Source: Lingula anatina
Taxonomy: Eukaryota > Animalia > Brachiopoda
Direction: 5' to 3'
Assembly: GCA_051362555.1 (NCBI GenBank)
Contig: CM120647.1
Location: forward strand, 5,332,001 to 5,396,000
Length of the DNA: 64,000 nucleotides
In this document: piece after piece, positions 1 to 11,363 of the stretch
How the letters are laid out: every line of letters begins with the position of its first letter
Position numbering within the stretch: position 1 is the stretch's first letter
Translations under genes and position numbers: made by a program
The notes under the pieces: generated by a model
The model's database searches: none
The model's input: only the letters and a program-made list of their open reading frames with translations
What the model was told of the DNA's origin: nothing

Positions 1-515
1 ATTTTTTCTGATCTTAGCAGACGGGAGTTGGTTGAGAAACGTTTGTCACCATGGTTCCAACATCGATAGGGAAAATGTGCTCGCTTACAATCCTAGAATG
101 GCATAGATTACTAGAATGGCATAGATGTGTATGACACATTACCATAATTATATAATTTGACAAAATTTGACCGATGGTTCATCATAGCACAGCAAGCAAG
201 GGGAAAGTACCCGTTGAAAATAAACATTTCGGAAAGTGCAAGAATTTAACCTTGAGGATTACTCTAATTGTGCCTTTTCAAACTACATGACCACATTCGG
301 TCTTGTTCAATGGCATAGACTGCTATGTCAGTTCGTTTAAATGTATACAGTATACTTATATTGCTAGACATTTAATGCATTGCAAACTGAACTCCCACAT
401 TTGTTTTGGTTCACAACAAAATCAGTATTTTTCTCTAATGGTTTAATATTCCAGTATTGTTTATAATGTTGTCACTGCAAATGTGGAATAAACATATCAA
501 GTTATACATTCACAG

Positions 516-733
516 GGTCTCCTGTTGACGGCGGATGGTGCACGTACAGCGATTGGACTGATTGCTCAGTGACGTGTGAAAACGGCACACAGACACGCTC
601 TAGGGAGTGCAAGTGTCCTGAACCCACCTACGGTGGCGCCACCTGTGTGGGTGCAGAAAACGAGACTCAGTCTTGTAGTGGTCCCCCTTGCCCAGGTAAC
701 AACCCACCTCTTTCTCCCTCTCTCACCCCTCCC

Positions 734-784
<51 letters not shown>

Positions 785-1049
785 ATCGCAGTTTAAACAG
801 ACATTTCATTGACCAAACCAAAAAACAGCATTTCATTATGTACTCATATTGCACTCCAGTTGACGGCGGATGGTGCACGTACAGCGATTGGACTGATTGC
901 TCAGTGACTTGTGAAAATGGTACAAAGACACGCTCTAGGGAGTGCAAATGTCCTGAACCCGCCTACGGTGGCGCCACCTGTGTGGGTGCAGAAACCGAGA
1001 CACAGTCTTGTAGTGGTCCCCCTTGCCCAGGTAATGATCTCTCTCTCTT

Positions 1050-1097
<48 letters not shown>

Positions 1098-3841
1098 ATC
1101 GCAGTTAAAATAGAAATTTCATAGGTAAAACCTTATTATATGTATTACCTTCCTTTATGTACTTACAGCATTGGTCAAAAAGGTTGTCCCACCCCCATTT
1201 CCATGTACTTTTATTTACAAATGAACACCTTACAGGTGTAAATTGTTATACACGGTGCTTTTTATTCCAGATACTATGTCTAATGTGATTAATGACACAA
1301 AATAATACAAAATAGTGGTGTGAATATGCACATTTTATACCATTTAGTCAAATTTATAACAGGTACCCCCTCAAATCCAATGTTTCACTGTGATTTCCAC
1401 AGATGTAAAGAAATGTCTATTAAATTAAAATGACGCCATCAAATGTCACCAAGTTTACAAACAATTAGCATTAGGGTGTGCTTGTTAAAGATCACGTGCC
1501 TAATAGCATGTGCATCTACCGCGCACTTCAATTATTTCCTGTAGATGGCGCGACAAGCCTTCAACAAGGGTAATGATTCTGTTTTGTGGGATATTGCCCC
1601 ATCCATCCTAAAGAGCGTGGCCGAATTTGTCCAGATTATTTTAGAATTGGTTCTCCTCTGCATTGCACACTCCAATTCCTGTCTCAGGTGATTAGTAAGG
1701 TTAATATCAGGGCTCAAATATGGTGGTTCCATCCTTGGAACATTGTATTTCTGCAACAAATAACTTGCCAGACGAGACCTGTGAGCAAGTGCGTTGTCAC
1801 AATAAAGCCGGTATCATCCCTGAAGTCACCTCTTGCAAATGGAGTGAGCGATCTGTTGAGAATTATACCGTAAAATGACCCAGTTACGTCCAAATGCCGA
1901 CTGATCTAACACCTCAGGCAATATTATTCTGCATACACCCTTCCAAGAGGCATTTTTCAACATGTCTACGGACCCTTATTTGACCATCGATGGGATACAA
2001 AAATAATCTGATTCTGCAGCAAAACCAATTCCCTTCCAGTGATGGATGGCCCGGTTCAGGTCCCTGTGGGATCACTGAACGTAGCATTCTCAGATGATAT
2101 TTCACTCCATCTTCAAGAACTGACTTTGGGGTTAACTCCAGGCTTCATCATAACAGCACACTTGCTCACACCTCTTGCCTGGCAAGTGATTTGTTGTAGA
2201 GCACAATGTTCTAAGGATGAAACCACCATATTTGAGTCCTGATACAAACCTTACTAATCACCTGTGGCATGAATTAAAGTGTGCAATGCAGAGGAGAACC
2301 AACCCCATAAAAAAGTGGACCAACTTTTCCAAGCTGTTTAAGAAGAATAGGACAATATCCTGGGCATTGAGGAGCACATCCTAATGCTTATTGTGTGTAA
2401 ATTTGGTGACATTTAATGTGGTCTTTTTAATTTAAGAGACATTCCTTTACATCTGTAGAAATCACAGTGAAACATTGGATTTGAGGGGGTACCTGTTATA
2501 AATTTGACAATTTTACCACTATTTTGTATTTTTTGAACCATTAATCATGTTAGACATGGTATTTGGAATAAAAAGTACCGTTTATAACAATTTACACCTG
2601 TAAGGTGATCATTTGTAAATAAAAGTACATGGAAATGGGGCTGGGACAACCTCTTTGACCAATGTTGTATATTGCCCTCCAGTTGACGGCGGCTGGTGCA
2701 CGTACAGCGATTGGACTGATTGCTCAGTAACGTGTGGAAATGGTGCAAACACACGCTCTAGGGAGTGCAAGTGTCCTGAACCCGCCTACGGTGGCGCCAC
2801 CTGTGTGGGTGCAGAAACCGAGACTCAGTCTTGTAGTGGCCCCCCTTGCCCAGGTAACGACACCCCTCTCTCTTTCTCTCTCTCTCTCTCTCACTCTCTC
2901 TCTGAAATTGCAGTTAACACAGACATTCCATTTACATGTACTAAACCTGAAAACAATATTTCATAATGTACTTTTATTGCCCTCCAGTTGACGGCGGATG
3001 GTGCACGTACAGTGACTGGAGTGATTGCTCAGTAACGTGTGGAAATAGTACACAGACGCGCTCTAGGGAGTGCAAATGTCCTGAACCCGCCTACGGTGGC
3101 TCCACCTGTGTGGGTGCAGAAACCGAGACTCAGTCTTGTAGTGGCCCCCCTTGCCCAGGTACCGACCCCTCTCTTCCCCCCTCTCCAACCTCCCCAATCT
3201 CTCTCTCTCTCTCTCTCTCTCATTCTCTCTCTCTCTATCTCTCTGAAATCGCAGCTTAAACGGACATTTCATTGACCAAACCAAAAAAGCAACATTTCAT
3301 TATGTAGTTATATTGCCCTCCAGTTGACGGCGGCTGGTGCACGTACAGCGATTGGACTGATTGCTCAGTGACGTGTGAAAACGGCACACAGACACGCTCT
3401 AGGGAGTGCAAGTGTCCTGAACCCGCCTACGGTGGCGCCACCTGTGTGGGTGCAGAAACCGAGACTCAGTCTTGTAGTGCCCCCCCTTGTCCAGGTAACG
3501 ACACCCCTCTCTCTTTCTCTCTATCTCTCTCTCTCTCTCTCTCTCTCAATCTCTCTGAAATTGCAGTTAACACAGACATTCCATTTACTAAACCTGAAAA
3601 CAATATTTCATAATGTACTTTTATTGCCCTCCAGTTGACGGCGGATGGTGCACGTACAGTGATTGGAGTGATTGCTCAGTAACGTGTGGAAATGGTACAC
3701 AGACGCGCTCTAGGGAGTGCAAATGTCCTGAACCCGCCTACGGTGGCGCCACCTGTGTGGGTGCAGAAACCGAGACTCAGTCTTGTAGTGGCCCCCCTTG
3801 CCCAGGTAACGACCCCTCTCTTCCCCCCTCTCCAACCTCCC

Positions 3842-3881
<40 letters not shown>

Positions 3882-5974
3882 GAAATCGCAGTTTAAACGG
3901 ACATTTCATTTACCAAACCAAAAAAGCAACATTTCATTATATAGTTATATTGCACTCCAGTTGACGGTGGATGGTGCACGTACAGCGATTGGACTGATTG
4001 TTCAGTAACGTGTGGAAATGGTGCAAACACACGCTCTAGGGAGTGCAAATGTCCTGAACCCGCTCACGGTGGCGCCACCTGTGTGGGTGCGACAACCGAT
4101 ACACAGTGTTGTAGTGGCCCCTGTTGCCCAGGTGAAGATATACATCCATCTCTATCTTTCTCTGAAATGCTTTATAGACATAGCCTAAACCTTGTACCCC
4201 ACAAGAGCGCGGATTTCATTATAGTCATGTCAGGCAAAATGTTAGCAAGAGATCAGGTTGTAACGTCACAACAATGTGCATGACGTAAACAAATCAGAGA
4301 TATTAAGGTGTGAATATTACAACATGTGAAGCTTCGACGCGGAGTCCGTTGTCGGTTTTTATCCATATCACCCCCAAAAGAATCTACTCATTTGTTCTTT
4401 GGTCCATATGTGGCCTATCCTGCAAATATCATCAAGGTTCGTCCAAAAAGTTTTGCGTTATGTTTCGAACAAACAAACAATCTTACGTCATCCTTAACAG
4501 GCGCTAAGGCAATATTCGGAACCTACTAATGGGAACATTATATCCCTTTTGAGGGCGGCGATGACATTTGATGACATTTTAATACTTATGTTCCAGTGGA
4601 TGGTTATCTGAGTAATTGGTTACCGTGGTCTTCTTGTTCTGCTACCTGTGGACTGCCAGGAACAGTGACTCGGTCACGTACCAAGGAGTGTATATATCCC
4701 GACCCAGTTTGCCGTGGTGATGACTGTGGCCAACTTCCTGAAGAATATGAAAACTGCACCCAAAAGCCGTGTTGTACAACAAGTGGTAGATCACCGGGTT
4801 CATTCCAACACTACAGAGGTTAGTATCCTCTTGTAACTTTCGGATATAACATGACAAAATAGCTTCTTGTCTAATAACGGGTTCTGTTGCAGGCCCATGT
4901 AGAACTGCACACTTTTGATTCACATCCCCGTATTTTTTCTTTGTTATTACCGTTTGCAGTAACATTTGACAGACAGTTTTTAACTCAATTACAGGATTGA
5001 TTTAAAAATTAAAAAAAAAGCATTACTTAAATCCGGGTTTACATATCACACTTTCCTCTACAATGCCCATAGTATATACGTAATTACCTCAAGGGCTTTA
5101 AATCCCTAGGAATGTGTCATTTAGATCACTTTTTATTTTGCTATAATAAGGTGTAAAGCTCTTTGTGCTAGCATGTTCTATTTCAAAACCGTACATGATG
5201 CATGATTTTAAGGTGATCCCTTCTTCCCTTTGTTGTTATCTCTAGGAAATAGGCTTCACAATATTCGGGTGAATTTCCGGGGAGCTAACACAAATGACAA
5301 GAATGTCACCTTTAGATGTGGGATTGTACTGATTAAAAGTATCCAAAACTATGGTAAGTCGAGATTGTTTTGTTTTATATCTCTTTTTTCCTTTTATGAT
5401 ATAGAATAAATGAGTACACAGACTTGAAACAAAATAAAAATATCACATAATTTTTTTATTTAGATCCTTACTCGAAAAGCACGTAGAGAGCCGGCCTCCG
5501 CCAAATTGATGAATTTTGGCACTTGGTAGCACACCCATTCCCCGAGTTAAGATACCTCTCTTGAATATTTTGGGTCAAGGTCAACATTCACTGTCTCACA
5601 ATGGAATAAGTCCTAACAGTCTCGTGAATTATATTAAAAAAAGATTTGGCTGTAAGCCTTGGATCCATATGGAAACCCGAATCACCATCAAAACCCAATC
5701 GCATTTCTGAAAATGTCATCAAAATCAATCCATACGATAGATATTCAAAATATATGTCTTAGCTTCAAAAACGACCATACAGAAGAAATTGTTTAAATTA
5801 TTTTTTTCTACTGGAAATATTCCAGATGAGACCTATGTTGCTGACGTGCAGGCTGCCGTGACCGACGTATGTACCGACCAATCACGTCGGGTTTGTCAAG
5901 TGACAATCCCTGCTCCTCCCGGCTGCCCTTGCCGAGTGATGATAAAATACATGTGTTGCAATACCTTGTATTAA
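516..5974 (+). CDS. Paralogue A (5'-partial) of secreted TSP1-repeat protein; exons 516-695, 860-1030, 2683-2853, 2988-3158, 3324-3494, 3635-3805, 3961-4131, 4597-4818, 5246-5353, 5826-5974
   Basis: All exons have AG/GT boundaries and phase-1 junctions. Seven exons read VDGGWCTYSDWxDCSVTCxxGxxTRSRECKCPEPxYGGxTCVGxxTETQSCSGPPCP (TSP1). Exon 8 is a divergent TSP1 (VDGYLSNWLPWSSCSATCG...). The last two exons give GNRLHNIRVNF...KYMCCNTLY with TAA at 5972-5974. The N-terminal exons lie upstream of the window. Confidence 0.9.
1166..2667. mobile_element. Tc1/mariner-derived foldback element (~1.5 kb) in a TSP1 intron
   Basis: Termini CAGCATTGGTCAAAAAGGTTGTCCCA / TGGGACAACCTCTTTGACCAATGTTG. TA duplication at 1164-1165 and 2668-2669; the empty site 'gtactTAtattg' occurs in sister introns. 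Both arms carry decayed DNxxAH...SPDxNLTNHL (Tc1 QDN...SPDLNPIEHLW). Confidence 0.88.
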
Positions 5975-5977
5975 ATG

Positions 5978-6179
5978 GTAAGTGTTTATGGAAATAGAGG
6001 GACTTTTAGAGACAAAACGATCAATAAAACTAACGATTATGAATTCGACGCTTCATTGAATCTTGTACTTCACAAATTTGCATTTTTACAAATCGTTTTG
6101 TATATCTCTTAGAACCTGATGTATTACATTTGGAATCCAAGCTTAAGTATTTATCAAATGTCTTTCTTTATATTTACAG
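5978..6179 (+). other. Putative 3'UTR intron of paralogue A (counterpart 34395-34596 in B)
   Basis: TAA-ATG|GTAAGT donor 3 nt after the stop codon; pyrimidine-rich acceptor 'tctttctttatatttacag'. Both sites are conserved in copy B. Confidence 0.6.
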
Positions 6180-6814
6180 AGATACGCCAGGACTTCAAAA
6201 ATGCTGGACAAAACGGACTTATGCAGACATTTCTCGACTGCATTTAAATATGATGTTGTATATTATTCCAACTGATTATTGGTTAGCAGATTGAAAATAG
6301 CAAAAAAATTATAAAACATGGGGAAAAAACTGTTGCAGCTTGCTTATTTACCAGTTTCCTAAAACATCATTTACTTCTCAAATTAACTTAAAACTTAAAT
6401 TTACTTTGCTTGTGTTGAAGGTCATTATGTACTCATTTCAGTTTCCTTTATGTAATTTAATAATATTATAATGTGGTGAAATATTATGATATTTATATGT
6501 ATTTATTAGTTTTAATATTTAAATACTAATGGTAAACATTTAATTTGCTAGGAAGGCTTGATGTCGTTTCAGTATGCCTTAAATCATTGTTTTTTTTTCC
6601 TAATTCCAATAATACAAGGTGGTTGGTTAATTAATTTAATGATAAGTAAGCCTGCTAGATTCCAGAGGCACCATTTCGGCTATTTAATATTTTAGTTAAT
6701 TGATCCGTCTCAATAGATCTTCAGATTACATTTACATATTTTAATATTCGTATGCAATTGTCGTGATAAGGGAGTGGTTAGCTGTATTGTAAACAAGTCA
6801 TTCTACGTCATGCA

Positions 6815-6820
6815 AATAAA
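6815..6820 (+). terminator. Candidate polyadenylation signal AATAAA of paralogue A (35237-35242 in B)
   Basis: AATAAA followed by a GT-rich tract (gtttggttgtttt), conserved in both copies. Confidence 0.4.
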
Positions 6821-7919
6821 ACTGTCGCAAATGCTTCAGTTTGGTTGTTTTCCATACCTTATTGCTAACTGTATGTTTGGCAAGCTCATAGTTATATTAT
6901 ACCTTCATCAGTTTTAAAAGTAATTGATTTTCACCTACTCTTGGACCGGTGCTCCACACGAACCTGTGCTTACATTTGACGATTTGTGCCTTTTCTATCC
7001 AAATAATTCAAGTTATAAACGAAGAAAGTTTTATGCAGCCCGCCATAGAAAACCGAGATCAGGCACCTGGGTTTCGTTGTATTCAAAATAAAATGTCTGT
7101 AAGAATCAAATATGGTGAGACAGGGACGTATATTAGATTTCCATCCTCTGGTGTAAAGTGACAGACATTGGTCCAAAACTAGCATTATTTCCTTGCAAAC
7201 TGATTGGCCAAGAGCGAAACTTGATATCTGGCCAAGTAAAACAGTAAAGATTGGAAATATTGAAATCTGTCATTCCCGTAGCCCTAATCCTATGTTCTTA
7301 TCTAACTGTAAAAGTACCATAGTATAGTATAGTATTTCTGTACGGGCCAGGGTGAAATAGACTGAATTCATTAATGTTCATGAGTTAGCCGCGGAAACGC
7401 GTGTACAACAGCCTTCCAGTATAAAGGGGGCTTAGCTGTTTATAAAATCGTTGTCTTCTGGAGAGTTATCCTGAAGATAGCAGCCATTTCAAACACAGCA
7501 AAATCCGAAACAAAAATAATTATCGAGCATTTAGCAAACATTAGTTTCCATATTGAAATCTAAAGGTAAAACATCAGGACCTACTTCATTTGTACGGAAG
7601 AGTGAAACGCGTTGTTCGTTTTTATGTATACTACTAACACTCACCTATAGCATCGTAGTTGGTTTCGATTTAATGAAATATTTGTTAAAAGTATTCCGTC
7701 AAATCTGAAACATCTGTGGAATCAGTATTTAGAAAATTTACTTAACTGAAACTTGTTCGCATGACACGTTATGTGAATGTTTACTATATTGGTGACACAT
7801 GGAGAAGGCTTGCTTGTAAACTTTACAGTTCAATTGCCGACATGGCGTGATGTCTGTTTTAATGATAGGGCCAATATTATGTTTAATTAGGTCATTTGTC
7901 GCAAATAACGTGGGGTAAT

Positions 7920-8052
<133 letters not shown>

Positions 8053-8294
8053 GCATTATGTGCGAGCAGAAAAATTACAAAATAACTACCGGTAACTAAC
8101 ATGACTTACCGTAAACATAACCCTCTTTGCAGAGAGCGCAAACTTTTCAAAGCTGACTGTTTAAAGTTTTTATAACATTTTTTTTATCTTTGTCTTTATT
8201 TATTATATCATGATTTATCAATATCAGTAATGTCGTTTTTGACTGTGTCACTACATTTTTCTATTTATTTAACACTTAATGTGATGCCATACTC

Positions 8295-8330
<36 letters not shown>

Positions 8331-9069
8331 TTAATAATAAATAAATTAATTAATAATAAATAAATAAATGAATAATTGTGACTCATTAAAATGATTCAAG
8401 TGAACGTCTATTGCAATCGATACAACATAACCCGTTATTGTTTGCTCATGTCGACAGCAATTCCTTTGCAATAACAAAAAATGTACGTCGTGTACCCTGT
8501 ATGTCAGCCTAGGTTAACTCACCGTTTGCTATTCAAACTCTTCTCAGTAGGGTCCGATTCATACGCTTTGTCTTATTTTGTTACGTCCAACATTTTGGTA
8601 TCATAAATTGTAAATTTCAGATATGAAAATCAAGCTTTAAATAAACTGGAGAACCAGTGATTGCACACCAGCCCTAATCGACTCCGAATGATCGTTTCCC
8701 CTTCTCACGTGATTTGTTCACCGTTTGACTATACCGCCTTCTGCATAACTTCCGAACTTCCGAGTGAACTTCCTCCTAAAACACTCCATTGTTGACCTGT
8801 TTAATGTCAATAAATACATTGCTAGTGCAGCTGCTATAACTGAGCTAGAGAAGAATGCGGGAAAATATTACTGGAGCTAAAAGCTGACTGACTTCTCACT
8901 GATGTAGCTCGCTAGAAACAGCTGCCAATGACATTGATCATGACAGATAAATGTATGTGCCTATCAGTGCCGCAAACATCTGCTTTCACCTTGATGTGGT
9001 CAGCTCCCTGAAGGGGAACAAAATTATTAACAAAATTAGAATAATCTTTCCCTACATAAATATAATCAA

Positions 9070-10030
9070 ATTATCTTGTCCAATTTGGTCCAATTTTGTT
9101 GTAGGACATGTAGGCCATTGATTCGGCGAGTAATGGCCTACCCATATTGTCTATGTGGTTCAAATATGGCGATTTTGATGACCAAGGTAGCTGCTCATTC
9201 CCTTGGCTCTGTAAGTCATCTGCTTTTGAAAGTGCTCTGTGCGAACCGGCAATCTCACCGCAGAACCCAGAATTGTTCTTAAGGTGCCCCCTATCAAATG
9301 ATTGTCAAATGGTTCCCAGGTTATTCCTTCATTTGATCTGGTTCAGGTTTTATCGATGACGACCATTGGTGTTTTGCCACCAATGTGGTATCCACTCCAA
9401 ATAAGTGACGCTGTCAGTGACCCTAGTCACTTTAGACGCGGCAGACGCTTCGCCGTAAACCTCTTCTGGATGTAAGTAAACTCTGTTTTGACTAGTTGAG
9501 CGGTTCAGGTGAAATCTGACCTCAATAAAGAAAGCTACGCAGTTTCAATGTTCTACCCAGAAACGGCAATGATCCCCAATTTATTAGAGAAACAGACGAC
9601 GATGTTTTGCTGTTTACTGTTGATTCCTCGGAGGTGTTCTGTTATTCTAACCTGCTAAGACCAGATTGGTATTCGCTAAGGGCCCTTAAAAACGCGTCTT
9701 GGTGGCATTTTACCCCTCATTCTGAACGGACTTGGTGGTTTTTGTTTGGTTGCAGCAGCACATCCCGAAAGACAGCGAGTCCTGTACCCTGGTGGTAGGA
9801 TTTCGATACATTGGGCGAGACCTCAGTCTAAGTACATCAGTCTGGGCATTCCTCTATAAAACTGTGCAGACCGTTCCGTTTGGCGCAATAATCTGTCTTG
9901 CTAATGTCTGTCTTTTTTTGCGCCATTCTGCCACTGATTAACAATTCTTTAATACACTGCTTGGCTCATTTTACGCTCTGCAAAACCGACCGCTTGTATG
10001 CAAAATTTAAAATATTTCCATACAGTAGTT
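9070..10030 (-). mobile_element. Decayed Tc1-like transposase remnant
   Basis: Minus-strand frames give FFIEVRFHLNRS..NRVY, SLIWSGYHIGGKTPMVVID and PWSSKSPYLNHIDNM. These resemble Tc1 FSDESRF / VMVWGG..GKT.LV.ID / WP..SPDLNPIENLW, with stops and frameshifts. Confidence 0.65.
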
Positions 10031-11328
10031 GCCGATATATGGATACTTTTTTGACAAAACCATGCTTTGCCAAACCCAAGCTTTCATCAGCCCAAAGTAC
10101 CACTACCCAGTTAAATCACCGTATATTACACAATGCAGCAGTGCAACAGGCATGGTAGTCAGTTAATTGGTAGCGACATACCTGACTACACACTTCTTCA
10201 TTCACATATCTTAAAAAGAAAGAACGCATTTTTACCTTGGCATACCTTCAAAACTAAAATATCCCATATTAAATGTCAAGTCTGTATCACCTTATGATCT
10301 TTGTGCCTGAACTCTTAACTATCCACCACACAGTCTTGGGTACGTCAGTTAATCTAGATGCGCAATTGATAATATCACGTGATGAATAAGAGGGCTGTCA
10401 ATCGCTGAAATATGAATAATTATTACATAACCTGCCACAGACAGCTCACTTATTCGCAACCTGCCGTGGGTCCGTTAGCCATCCAAGAAGACGAAGAACG
10501 CACAGTGTAGAAGACATTCCAAAGAAGAATAAACATTTACTCAAATCATCCGAGTAGAGCAAGGTATTACCTCTTGGTAAGTGTGGACCTTAAATTTGCT
10601 ACATGCAATAGCAAGTTGTTGCTTAAATATGCTCTATTTTCTGTATTACAGTAGAGACTATAAACATAATGAATCTTTTTTAATGAGAGCTAGCCCATTC
10701 ATGTAAACACGTTCCTTACTGGACTTACTTTGTTTTCTTGGTTTTACCCTTGAAAGATTTAACCTTTTTTATTCTGTGCTACACCTATGTCTTGCTGTAT
10801 TTTAAGTGACAACTGATGAGCTCCTTAAAAAAGGGGGTTGAATTGAGCTTGTTCGGATGCATGCGCTTTATACTATGTACTATATGTTTGGGACATTTAG
10901 AACGAATAAATACAAAGGCAGTTAGCTAGTACACCTACGTTGTTACAACTGGGTATCTGCTAAGGTGAAATTTAATGAAATGACAGAATAGTATACCTGT
11001 ACCTCCGCCTAGGAGCTCAACCCCCTTCATAAACATATATAGTGGCTATTTTATAATTGCGGTATAATTGCGTTTTTATTGCGTTAAGTTATAATTGTCC
11101 GTGAATTAGGCTAAATGACTTTTTAGTTACAAAATAAAAGTTATGGACTAGAAAAGAATAAAGACTGTCTTTATAGAAAACAAGCAATCGTCTTATGTAA
11201 CAGATCACAGTATGCTCTGAATGGCAGGAAAATCTATTTACGTGTTTGTACGTATTTATTTTATATTATTTATTTTGGAAACGCCAAGGGTAACCCACAA
11301 AATAACAGAAAGAAATAATCTATGTGTG

Positions 11329-11363
<35 letters not shown>

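Noticed and set aside
569-4008. ORF-track proteins ending in SLSLSL or RERERE
   Set aside because: Read-through of TSP1 exons into (CT)n introns, or antisense frames.
516-4131. Regularly spaced repeats superficially like a CRISPR array or recombination cassettes
   Set aside because: The units are 171-nt coding exons with GT/AG sites and homologous introns. There are no unique spacers or cas genes, and the context is eukaryotic.
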